NCBI GenBank assembly: GCA_965228855.1
Contig: CBDDIJ010000002.1
Location: 2,496,001-2,560,000 of the forward strand
DNA length: 64,000 nt
Direction of reading: 5' to 3'
Source of the DNA: Candidatus Obscuribacterales bacterium
GTDB lineage: Bacteria > Cyanobacteriota > Vampirovibrionia > Obscuribacterales > Obscuribacteraceae
In this document: piece after piece, positions 9,555 to 18,704 of the stretch
Position numbering within the stretch: position 1 is the first letter of the stretch
Layout of the letters: each line of letters begins with the position of its first letter
Notes under the pieces: generated by a model
Databases searched by the model: none
Told to the model about the DNA's origin: nothing
The model's input: only the letters and a program-made list of their open reading frames with translations
Program-made: the position numbers and the translations under genes

Positions 9555-10307
9555 ATGTATAGCGATGAAATTAAGTTCGTGTCGGGAGTTGGGAGAGGTG
9601 CAAAGGGTGTACATGTCCGGCGTGTGCAAGAGTGGTTGACCCTTCACGGATACAATGTCGCTGTTGATGGAATCTTTGGACCCGCAACCGAAAGAGCTCT
9701 AAGCAAATTTCAGAAAGCTCAGAATCTAACTGTTTCTGGGTCCTCTAATCAACGCACTTTTGAGGCTCTCGTTTTGCCAATGACAATGGCTTTGAGAGAG
9801 ATTGATAGCGGGCAGGACACGATCTCATCATTGACCCTGAAATATGCAGCTCAACACCTCGCTTCACATCCGAGAGAAGTTGGAGGGCAAAACAGAGGTC
9901 CTTGGGTACGTCTGTATATGAAAGGAAATGAAGGGCCAAGTTGGCCTTGGTGCGCTGGTTTTGTTTGTTTCTGTGTTCAACAAGCTTCGAACACATTGAA
10001 GAAACAGATGCCATTTAGCTACACGTTCTCCTGCGACACGCTAGCAGCTTTCGGTAAGCAGAGTAAAAAATTCGTAGCTGAATCGGACGTGGAGGTAGAT
10101 AAACTTGCTCCAGGCAGTATTTTTCTGGTGCGACGAACTGCAACAGATTGGACGCATACTGGTTTCGTTTCAGAGGTTAATGTAAACTCCTTCGACACGA
10201 TTGAGGGAAACACAAACAACGATCCAAGGACCGAGGGGCCCAGAGAAGGTTATGAGGTGTGTGCGAGTGTGCGTGAGTATAAGAAAAAGGATTTTATATC
10301 CCTTTGA
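9555..10307 (+). CDS. Peptidoglycan-binding domain + CHAP amidase
   Basis: VRRVQEWL..VDGIFGPATERALSKFQ (PG_binding_1); WCAGFV, HTGFV, TIEGNT (CHAP catalytic Cys/His); AGGAGG SD. Confidence 0.88.
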   Translation: MYSDEIKFVSGVGRGAKGVHVRRVQEWLTLHGYNVAVDGIFGPATERALSKFQKAQNLTVSGSSNQRTFEALVLPMTMALREIDSGQDTISSLTLKYAAQHLASHPREVGGQNRGPWVRLYMKGNEGPSWPWCAGFVCFCVQQASNTLKKQMPFSYTFSCDTLAAFGKQSKKFVAESDVEVDKLAPGSIFLVRRTATDWTHTGFVSEVNVNSFDTIEGNTNNDPRTEGPREGYEVCASVREYKKKDFISL

Positions 10308-10406
10308 GAATTTATAACTTGGCGTAAATGACAATCACTCGGTTTCTATAACAAATAGTTTTGCACGTCCAGAGAGACTTACTTTATCCAAATTGTGAGG
10401 ATTCGA

Positions 10407-11753
10407 ATGAAAAGATTGAGTAGCACTATAACTCTTGCAACTATGTTTTCGCTTGTTACAGGTCATTGTTTCGCAAAGCCGATATTTATTATTCGGTCGA
10501 GCGCTGTTCCAAATGAAACCGTTGAGCCTGAACGACTATCGAAAAAACCAACAGAGTACTTGCGTGACACTAAGGCTAATAACAACACTGCAATTTTCTA
10601 TCTCCCAAAAACTATCGCGGAAGTGGAAGTTACGTATGCGATTTATGCCAAAAAAGAGGCTTTGGCTAAGTTGGAGCGTGCAGTTCTGCCCGCATTTGTT
10701 CCGCCGAATTCCGGAGAGAAAGCGAAAGAGCGTGAGGACGAGAAGAAAGAGCGAGAAGATGTACTAGCTCTTGCAGGCAACCACATGCGTCCTGCCGGCG
10801 TTGAAGCGAATGCAAGAGCCACCGATGCGGTCACACCGCTTGTTGCTGTTGTCGACAGGGCGCCAAAGAAGGGTTTTGTTCGCTATCCGTCGAAAAACGA
10901 AACGTTCCAGAGTGGTGAGGTCGTTGAGAAGTGTCCTGTTGTTGTTACAATTCCTGTGCCGCTTGCCGTTAAGTTTGTGCAGGTGCCCGACACGAACCTG
11001 GGTTTTCGGGCTGATCTCGGAGCAATGAAAGGCTTGGTTAGTGACGTAAACAAATCCCAAATTACAAAAAATTCCGATGGAACCATAAGCGGTGTTGATG
11101 CCGAGATAGTCGATCGGACCCTGGATATATTTGAGGACTTTTCTGTAGCATCGATTAACGTTGGGAAGAAGGTTATGTCGATGGGCCTTTTTGCAGTTCC
11201 GCTGTTCAGAACCGATGACACTCCTGTGTATACTCAGGTTGGCACTATAAAAATTCGCAAATTAGTTGATATTGGCGGCCCGGTTCAGCCGAAAGAAGAT
11301 CGTTTTCAGTATCCGATCGACGATGCTCCAGACGTTGAAGTTGTTCAAAATACATTAGCTGGACTTGGCTTTACGGGCGTCACTTTTGCCATGCCGAGAT
11401 TGGCATGGAGCCTAGACCGAAAGCTCAATTCCGAAGTTAAGTCAGGTGATTTGATCGATAAGGCGGGGTATCAGGGGATCGTTGTAAGAGAGCCCGAGAC
11501 AGTTGACGTTTCTATTGCAGCGGATGGCAATTTTATGAATTCCGCACGAGTTTATCATGGGCGTCAGATTCTAGCGCAGACGGGAGGATTTGCAGGAGTG
11601 CGCATTGGAAAGAGAACTTTCAGTAAGGCCGCTCAGCAGATTACACTGTCCCCTCAAGGAGCAGTTCTCACGGTAAACAAAACGACCAACAGTCCCTTAA
11701 AGAATATTTCGGGTGCAGTTCGAAATATCACAGCGGCTGCTGCTTCACCCTAA
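10407..11753 (+). CDS. Secreted protein, DUF4831-like
   Basis: N-terminal signal peptide; FYLPKTIAEVEVT, VPD..F and NSDGTISGVD resemble DUF4831; GAGG SD. Confidence 0.55.
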   Translation: MKRLSSTITLATMFSLVTGHCFAKPIFIIRSSAVPNETVEPERLSKKPTEYLRDTKANNNTAIFYLPKTIAEVEVTYAIYAKKEALAKLERAVLPAFVPPNSGEKAKEREDEKKEREDVLALAGNHMRPAGVEANARATDAVTPLVAVVDRAPKKGFVRYPSKNETFQSGEVVEKCPVVVTIPVPLAVKFVQVPDTNLGFRADLGAMKGLVSDVNKSQITKNSDGTISGVDAEIVDRTLDIFEDFSVASINVGKKVMSMGLFAVPLFRTDDTPVYTQVGTIKIRKLVDIGGPVQPKEDRFQYPIDDAPDVEVVQNTLAGLGFTGVTFAMPRLAWSLDRKLNSEVKSGDLIDKAGYQGIVVREPETVDVSIAADGNFMNSARVYHGRQILAQTGGFAGVRIGKRTFSKAAQQITLSPQGAVLTVNKTTNSPLKNISGAVRNITAAAASP

Positions 11754-11843
11754 AAATTGAAAACCTGATGACGTAGCGCGCGCAACCTTGGCAATTGAGA
11801 TATAAATCTGCATCAGCTATGCAGCTCGTTCGCAATGCGATGA

Positions 11844-12464
11844 TTAGTCCTGGATTCCGAGCAATGCCTGTTGCATAAGAATTAAACGCAGGTTGACGCC
11901 GCGCAGGTCGAAGCTGTCAGCATCGAAATCTCCACCTGCCCAGTCAAGCAGTTCCATTCCCTCATCACATGCGGGATCTTCAACTTTATCGAGAAAATCT
12001 TTGTAGCCGGGCGGACCGCCGACGTCTTCGGGCGGGCACGCGCGTCTGCCGCCGAGGCACGTCACAAATCCCTCGCCTTCACCCTCGTGTACCTCCTCAA
12101 CAACCACGTCGTGAAACCAATCATCGCCGTAGTCGTAGAGGTACACGAATGTGTCGCCGGCTTTCTCTGCAAGATCGCCTAGCGTGAAATTGCTTTCGTC
12201 ACGGTATCTACTCGAATCCATGTCGGGATCTTCGGCACCGTAGCTGATACCACCAGACTGGAACTCGTGAGCGTGTGTGTCCCACCATCCCATCGAAATT
12301 TGAAAGCACTCATGAACAAGTGCCAGCGGTGTCGATGTTTTAATGACGAGGCGTCTCCAGATTGGAAGCGGCGCGTTACGCAACGTCACTTTCATTCGAA
12401 ACATCGCATTATCTGATTTCTTCGCGTTCTTAGTTATTCGTCGCTTTGCTACTTTTCCAGCCAT
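11844..12464 (-). CDS. Plasmid pRiA4b ORF-3 family protein
   Basis: PIWRRLVI, LVHECFQISMGWWDTHAHEF, YLYDYGDDWFH, GRRACPPEDVGGPPGY. Confidence 0.9.
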   Translation of the reverse strand: MAGKVAKRRITKNAKKSDNAMFRMKVTLRNAPLPIWRRLVIKTSTPLALVHECFQISMGWWDTHAHEFQSGGISYGAEDPDMDSSRYRDESNFTLGDLAEKAGDTFVYLYDYGDDWFHDVVVEEVHEGEGEGFVTCLGGRRACPPEDVGGPPGYKDFLDKVEDPACDEGMELLDWAGGDFDADSFDLRGVNLRLILMQQALLGIQD

Positions 12465-12498
12465 GGCAGCTACTCCCGATTTCAGTCACGCGCGTATC

Positions 12499-14037
12499 TT
12501 AGTGATCGTGATCGCATTCGTCGTCACAGTCACCCTCTTCATACCGCTCGTCCGCAAACTCGTCGATTGCGTAAATCCGCTCGGCGACAGCTTTTTCTTC
12601 GTCCAGACGTTCTTGCATGCGTAAGCTCATGCGGAGCAGCTGTAACGCGTCAATCATGTCTAGGTGATTCGATGAGCTTGTTTGTTCGACAATCTCAGCT
12701 ATTCTTTTCGCATTTGACTCGAGTGCCGTCCAATCTTCATTCTGTATAGCGAGAGAACCTATGATGGAGAGAGCAATCTGCTCAACATGGGTTGAGGCTC
12801 TGGAAGGATTCTTTTCCAAATATTCCAGGGCTTTCTTTGCGGATGACTCGATCAGTTTCTCCTGACCCGGTATCTCGCTCAGGAGTACAGAAAGATCTGC
12901 GTATGAATTCGCCAGCGCTTCGGGTTTCGCCGTTTTCTCTTGCTCTTTCAGCCATTCGGCGCGTTTTTCCAACTCTGTGGCGACCATATTTCCTTCAAGT
13001 GCTTCATCGACTCTAGCCACCGTAGCAATGATCTCTTCGAACATCGCACCACCATCGTTGAGTCTGTTCGCATCACGCAGAACCTTTGCGAACGACTTTC
13101 TCGCCTCTTTGAAGTCTTCGCGTTCAAGATGAGAACCGAGAATTTCAAGCTCCGACTCTATGCGTTTAACTCTAGCTTCGTCTATGGTTTCTTCTTCGCC
13201 AACGCGCGCGAGACCGTCATCACGCCAATCTTTTAACCAGGTCAACGCGCCGTCTGTCGAGCGCCATGCTTCGCCGGTCACTCTCACATATCGGTCTAAG
13301 AAGTATCCTTCGATATCGATGTCCTCAGCGGAACTCTCGTCGCCTTGTTCTAATGCTTCGAACATGGTGTTGAATGCGGTATCAGCGAAGTGTTCCAACA
13401 TTTCATCATCAAAACCGAATGCAGCGGCCGCTGCGCCTCGTGAGTAGTTGCAATCGCCCTGCTCGATAAACTTCAACAGAGCATTGGCATAATGCCATTC
13501 GAGTGTCGGAACGGATTCGCCGTTCAAAATTTCTCTGGCTTTCTCGATTTGTTTTTCGCAGAGCAAATAGGTCATCAGGCTGAAACGAATAGCGTCTGTA
13601 AAATACTGTCCGACTTGCAGCTCCTCGATTTCTGTTTCATTCAAAACTGCGATAGCCTCTTCTCTCTTGCCTTCGCTCCAGAGAAGTTCGGACAACTCAA
13701 TTGAAGCTAAGGCAAAAATCAGAGCTGATGCGGCGTGGTCATCAGCGTTTTTCGAGACCTCGACCGCCTTCTTGTAGTGCTCTAATTTCTGTTCTGTATT
13801 GGCGTAGTTGCGAGCAAGAATTAGCTGAGCGAAACCGCTTTGGTCCTCGTTTACAATGCTCTGAGCTGCCTTGATGCGTTCTGCAGGGCTCGTTGGATGA
13901 AAGGCGTCGCGAAGCTTTTCAATGACGCTATCGTCGAGATCTTCCGCCAAATCATCGAAAATTTCGTGCATCATGAACAGCAAATACGGTTGCTGTTTGA
14001 TTTCAGTGTTCTCTTGAGTAATAACCGAAGTCGACAT
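12499..14037 (-). CDS. Acidic alpha-helical/TPR-like hypothetical protein
   Basis: 512-aa ORF with AGGAG SD; helical repeat-like pattern; acidic Cys/His tail (EEGDCDDECDHDH); co-oriented with the pRiA4b ORF-3 gene. Confidence 0.7.
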   Translation of the reverse strand: MSTSVITQENTEIKQQPYLLFMMHEIFDDLAEDLDDSVIEKLRDAFHPTSPAERIKAAQSIVNEDQSGFAQLILARNYANTEQKLEHYKKAVEVSKNADDHAASALIFALASIELSELLWSEGKREEAIAVLNETEIEELQVGQYFTDAIRFSLMTYLLCEKQIEKAREILNGESVPTLEWHYANALLKFIEQGDCNYSRGAAAAAFGFDDEMLEHFADTAFNTMFEALEQGDESSAEDIDIEGYFLDRYVRVTGEAWRSTDGALTWLKDWRDDGLARVGEEETIDEARVKRIESELEILGSHLEREDFKEARKSFAKVLRDANRLNDGGAMFEEIIATVARVDEALEGNMVATELEKRAEWLKEQEKTAKPEALANSYADLSVLLSEIPGQEKLIESSAKKALEYLEKNPSRASTHVEQIALSIIGSLAIQNEDWTALESNAKRIAEIVEQTSSSNHLDMIDALQLLRMSLRMQERLDEEKAVAERIYAIDEFADERYEEGDCDDECDHDH

Positions 14038-14484
14038 AAGTTTCTCCTGAGTCGTCTCCGACCCGTGCTCGCTGAGTAATCTTGCGCTATGATACCGCGC
14101 GGGACTCCCGTTTTACGGCTTCTTTAAGCGGTTAATGGAAAATGGTTTCATACCTAATTACATGTCGGTTTTCATGTCTTGTGTCAGAACGGTGAAACCG
14201 GCGCGTCTTCAGCCGTTTCTATAGCGGTTCGTTGCCTCTCCGAAATCGTTGCAGGCGCTGCAATTCTTAAGGATGTGTTACCGCAGGCGGGAATGTCAAG
14301 AGGTTGGCTATAATGGCTACATTGTCATCCAGGTTAGCGGTATCCCAGCGTTTCAGGTGCCCACTCCACTCAATATCTTCTGTTCGTTTTGCACAATGTG
14401 TTTGGCCTAACCTGGCGTTCTGCGCACACTCTCTTGTTTGCACTCCTGCGCGTACAACTCGCGCTAATTTCCTGAATCAAACCG

Positions 14485-15744
14485 ATGGCTAACGAGTTTA
14501 CTAACTCACCGTCCGACAAAATGACTAAGCAACCGGAACCGGCAAACTCTTCTGCACTGAATATGGTGTCAAGACGTTTTCTTGCGGGTTTAAGCGATGG
14601 TATTATAATTGGTGCTATTAGTGCCGTTACCGTCAGTCTTCAGTTACTTGCGGCTATCCGCCATGTCGAGATAGTACCGTTAGCCTGCGCGGCATTAGCT
14701 GCCTTTTGTATTGCGTTTTGCGAGTCGCTTACGGGTCTTGGCGGTATCATCTATCTTATCGGTCTTCTTCTATTCGGGCTTAGTTTTGGGCCCAGTGAGG
14801 CCTACTTCTGTTACTGGATGTTTGTTGCATTCGCACTGCCGCTCAATTGGTTGTATCACTTGATTTTCGAATATTCGACGAGCCGCGCGACCCCTGGTAA
14901 ACGGTTGTTCGGTCTGCAGCTTTGTGACAATCGTTTTGGTCGGCCTCGATGGTCATCTCTTACCAAAAGGCATTCTCTCAGGGCGGTTTCAGCGTTGGCG
15001 ATGTTATTGCCGATTATCCACTGTCTGCTTGGAAGCCGTAATCAATTGATTCACGATCGGTTGAGCGGTGTATATGTCGTAAAAACATCTGACCTGGAAA
15101 CGAATCAGCTTCCGGTTCTATCCAGCAAAAGCGAGGGACCGCCTCAAGCGGTTTGTGCCAACCTCTGGAAGCGAATTCCAGCGGCGATTCTTGACCTTAT
15201 CTTTTTCGACTCGTTGCTTTCGATAACAATTTTGGTGACATGGATGTTGGCAGCGCACTTATTTTCCGCTCCCGACAATCAAGTGATAGCAATAATCACA
15301 TTGGTTCTACTGGTCCCCGTGTGTTCATTTTTGCCAGTTGTGTTTCCAATGCTCATCATGGCGACATTAGAGTCAAGCTCCTTGCAGTCAACGCCTGGAA
15401 AACTTGCCCTTGGTCTGGTCGTGACGAGTGCTTCCGGTCGTAAAGTCAGCTTTGCCGAAGCGCTATCCAAGCAGGTTGTACAAGCGGTTCTCTATGTCAG
15501 CCTTATACCTGTTGTTTTAGTCGCGTCGTTTATCGCCGCGCTGTTAAGTGCTGCGGCACCAAATAGTGAAATTCCAATTTATGTATCTGCTTTGATTTTA
15601 GTCTCATTCTATGTGTTATATGGTTTGGCAGTTTGCGCAACGTTTTTCAAAGAGAAACAGAGTCTTCTTGATTATTTGTGCGGGCGTTATGTGCTCGTCG
15701 AGCATAAGCTGCATTCTGGTAATTTGATTGAGGTCGTCAAATGA
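14485..15744 (+). CDS. Tandem RDD-domain membrane protein
   Basis: Two RDD units: RRFLAGLSD..ATPGKRLFGL..HDRLSG and KRIPAAILD..STPGKLALGL..LLDYLCG; multiple TM helices. Confidence 0.85.
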   Translation: MANEFTNSPSDKMTKQPEPANSSALNMVSRRFLAGLSDGIIIGAISAVTVSLQLLAAIRHVEIVPLACAALAAFCIAFCESLTGLGGIIYLIGLLLFGLSFGPSEAYFCYWMFVAFALPLNWLYHLIFEYSTSRATPGKRLFGLQLCDNRFGRPRWSSLTKRHSLRAVSALAMLLPIIHCLLGSRNQLIHDRLSGVYVVKTSDLETNQLPVLSSKSEGPPQAVCANLWKRIPAAILDLIFFDSLLSITILVTWMLAAHLFSAPDNQVIAIITLVLLVPVCSFLPVVFPMLIMATLESSSLQSTPGKLALGLVVTSASGRKVSFAEALSKQVVQAVLYVSLIPVVLVASFIAALLSAAAPNSEIPIYVSALILVSFYVLYGLAVCATFFKEKQSLLDYLCGRYVLVEHKLHSGNLIEVVK

Positions 15745-16811
15745 GGAAACGCATCTGTTCTATTCTCGTAGTTTTCGGCGTGGCTGTTTGCAGCTTCTTA
15801 CTGCTTGAGTTTGCCAAGACTGACGCCTATTTCAAACTGCTGTCCGTGCAGCTTATTGCGGAATATCCGGACACTAAACTGCCGCGCCTCCTTCCTGTGT
15901 TCAGAGAGGCTCCTCACAAATACGGTTTTATCGACAAAAACGGCTCCTTAAAAGTCCCCGCGACATTCGATGACGCCAGTGATTTTCACGAAGGATTGGC
16001 AGCCATTCGAATAGGGAAGCGCTGGGGCTATGTCACCACAAATGGTGTCATGGTGATTCAACCGCAATTTCATCGTGCCAGAGATTTCTCGCACGGTCTG
16101 GCGGCCGTGAAGAAAGGAAACTTCTGGGGCTACATAAATAAAAGTGGGACATTCGTTATTAAGCCACAGTTTTTAGTCGCGGAAGACTTTCGCGAGAACA
16201 GCGCTACTGTTTCAGACTACGTAAACTATGGGCTCGTCGGTCGAAATGGGGAGATTCTGCTTCCGGTTTCTGCCGCGAAACTTGGCGACTTCTCTTCCGG
16301 CATCGCGCGGGTCCAGATTCATGGGAAGTATGGTTTCTTAAGAGAAAATGGAACATGGCTCCAGAAACCGATTTACGCAGACGCTGGTGAATTCAGCGAA
16401 GGTCTTGCGGCATTCGAGAAGGATGGTCTCTGGGGTTACTTGGACGATTGCGGCTCTGTGGTTATCGCTCCAAGATTTAAGCATGCTGCTACTTTCTTTG
16501 AAGGGCTTGCGGCTGTAAAAGGCGATAACGGGCGCTCGGGATTAATCGACAGCAAGGGAAATTTCGTTGTGAAGCCGACCTTCGACGGTTTAGCAAGAAT
16601 GACAAAACCTAGTTGGAAACAGCCGGTACCAATTTCGGCGAATGGCTTGACGCCTTTCGTTGAGCACATGAAGGGCTGGGGCTTTGCATCAAATGAAACA
16701 GGTGAGCCCGTGATCGAGCCTCAGTTCATGGAGGTCAATCCATTCTCCGAGGGGTTTGCTTGCGTCGCGATTAAGGAGAAAATCAAGTCACCGTATAGAA
16801 TCGCCAGGTAG
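15741..16811 (+). CDS. WG-repeat protein, exported or membrane-anchored
   Basis: Repeated F(S/H)EGLAAV..WGYI.KxG.FVI.PQF units; N-terminal hydrophobic helix; 4-nt overlap with the RDD gene. Confidence 0.9.
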   Translation: MRKRICSILVVFGVAVCSFLLLEFAKTDAYFKLLSVQLIAEYPDTKLPRLLPVFREAPHKYGFIDKNGSLKVPATFDDASDFHEGLAAIRIGKRWGYVTTNGVMVIQPQFHRARDFSHGLAAVKKGNFWGYINKSGTFVIKPQFLVAEDFRENSATVSDYVNYGLVGRNGEILLPVSAAKLGDFSSGIARVQIHGKYGFLRENGTWLQKPIYADAGEFSEGLAAFEKDGLWGYLDDCGSVVIAPRFKHAATFFEGLAAVKGDNGRSGLIDSKGNFVVKPTFDGLARMTKPSWKQPVPISANGLTPFVEHMKGWGFASNETGEPVIEPQFMEVNPFSEGFACVAIKEKIKSPYRIAR

Positions 16812-16937
16812 CCTCCTTCATTGCAGCAGGTTCGAATTCGTGCAAATGCCTTCACCGTTTGTTTTTAGTGCTATTCTTGTCTAACTATCGAATCCCTCAA
16901 TCCGTCATGTTCTCTTGATGAGTCTTTTCACAGTTTC

Positions 16938-18629
16938 ATGAAGTTTCTAACTTCTCAAATCTTGAGTCTAGTGCGCGACCGATCCAGTCGCGTGAAGCTC
17001 AGGATTCTTATTCGTTTTTTGATTGTTTTGGTGATTCTTGTCACCATATATAGCGTCATGTTCCACTTCATCATGGAGTATGAAGGACGGCGTTATTCTT
17101 GGATTACTTGTATCTACTGGACGCTTACGGTGATGTCGACTTTAGGTTTCGGCGACATCACGTTCCACTCGGATCTCGGCAAGGTTTTCTCACTGATAGT
17201 GTTGATGAGCGGAATTGTTTTCCTCTTGATTCTCTTGCCATTTACCTTCATTGAATTTTTCTACGCACCATGGATGAAGGCGCACAATGAGGCACGCGCG
17301 CCGACCTCTCTTCCCGAAGGCACCACAGGTCATGTCATAATCACGAATTTCGATGGTGTCACACGTACGCTCATAGGCAAGCTTAAGCAGTACAGTCAGC
17401 CCTATGTGTTGCTGGTTCCGGATTTGACAGAAGCTCTGAATCTGCATGATCAGGGCTATAGAGTCATGCTCGCAGATCTGGATACGCCGAAATCATACCA
17501 GCGCGCGCTGGCTGACGATGCGCTCATGGTTGTTGCGACTGCGAGCGATCAACTCAATGCGAACATCGCGTCAACCGTTCGTGAAATTTCCGACAATGTT
17601 CCAATTGTTGCGACTGCGAACGCTCCTGCGTCATTAGACATACTCGAGCTCGCGGGCTGCACGCAGGTGCTTGAGCTTTGCGAAATGATGGGTCGTGGAT
17701 TGGCCCGAAGAGTTTTTGATGGAAAGAGACTGGCGCATCCGATTGGACGTTTTGGTGACTTAGTAATCGCGGAAGCTATGGTGCGGGACACGAGCCTTGT
17801 TGGAAAAACGCTGCGCGAAAGTTGCTTGCGAAAAGACACGGGTCTGAATGTTCTCGGCAGCTGGCAGCGCGGTTTTTTTGAAACTGTTTCGCCCGATATG
17901 CTGATTACCGACAAAACAATTTTGGTTGTGGCCGGTTCTGAACAGCAGCTTGATTCTTATAATCGGCTTTATCAAAGCGAGCAGGCGATGGATGCACCGA
18001 TAGTAGTGATTGGTGGTGGGCGCGTGGGGAGGGCGACGACGCGAGCGCTGGCTGATCGTGGTCTCGATTATTGCATCGTTGAGAAACGACCGGAGCTGAT
18101 TAAAGACCCAGCTAAATATGTTCTTGGTGATGGGGCCAACTTCGACGTTCTCGATCAGGCGGGGATCATGAAGGCGCCTGTCGTCATAATCACCACCAGT
18201 GATGACGACATGAACATTTATCTTACGATTTACTGTCGCCAGTTGCGTCCGGATGTTGAGATTCTGTGTCGTTCTAACCTTGAACGAAATGTAGCGACTC
18301 TACATCGTGTAGGTGCGGATTTCGTTTTGTCATATGCCTCCATTGGCGCCAATACTATGATCAATTTGCTAGGTCGTATGAACATTCTGATGATGACCGA
18401 AGGTTTGGATATCTTCCAAGTCGACATGCCGCCTAAGTTCATAGGTAAGAGTGTGACCGAGTGCGATATTCAGAGGAAAACCGGTTGTACTGTGGTGGCA
18501 CTGCATATGGAAGATCAGAAACAGGTGATGCTTGATCCGAATCTTCCTCTGCCTAAAGATGGGCGACTGATCTTGATTGGCTCGCCTGAGGCAGAGCAGC
18601 GATTCTTAACAACTTACGGTTGTCGGTAG
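16938..18629 (+). CDS. Potassium channel with two RCK (TrkA-N/TrkA-C) modules
   Basis: 2-TM pore with MSTLGFGDI filter; second RCK has IGGGRVG; TrkA-C motifs VGKTLRES and IGKSVTEC. Confidence 0.9.
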   Translation: MKFLTSQILSLVRDRSSRVKLRILIRFLIVLVILVTIYSVMFHFIMEYEGRRYSWITCIYWTLTVMSTLGFGDITFHSDLGKVFSLIVLMSGIVFLLILLPFTFIEFFYAPWMKAHNEARAPTSLPEGTTGHVIITNFDGVTRTLIGKLKQYSQPYVLLVPDLTEALNLHDQGYRVMLADLDTPKSYQRALADDALMVVATASDQLNANIASTVREISDNVPIVATANAPASLDILELAGCTQVLELCEMMGRGLARRVFDGKRLAHPIGRFGDLVIAEAMVRDTSLVGKTLRESCLRKDTGLNVLGSWQRGFFETVSPDMLITDKTILVVAGSEQQLDSYNRLYQSEQAMDAPIVVIGGGRVGRATTRALADRGLDYCIVEKRPELIKDPAKYVLGDGANFDVLDQAGIMKAPVVIITTSDDDMNIYLTIYCRQLRPDVEILCRSNLERNVATLHRVGADFVLSYASIGANTMINLLGRMNILMMTEGLDIFQVDMPPKFIGKSVTECDIQRKTGCTVVALHMEDQKQVMLDPNLPLPKDGRLILIGSPEAEQRFLTTYGCR

Positions 18630-18704
18630 TGTCCTGTTGGGTTGTACACATTTGAGAATTTAGTTTCGAGATGCGAAACTGTTTTAATGAGTTTGAGGAA
18701 TCCC

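Noticed and set aside
6851..11843. Mobile element or prophage boundaries around the haloperoxidase islet
   Set aside because: No integrase, transposase, tRNA target or flanking direct repeats seen; amidase lacks a holin or other phage neighbours
14038..14484. Long intergenic region containing a 62-aa ORF (14304-14492)
   Set aside because: No SD or motif; more likely divergent promoter DNA
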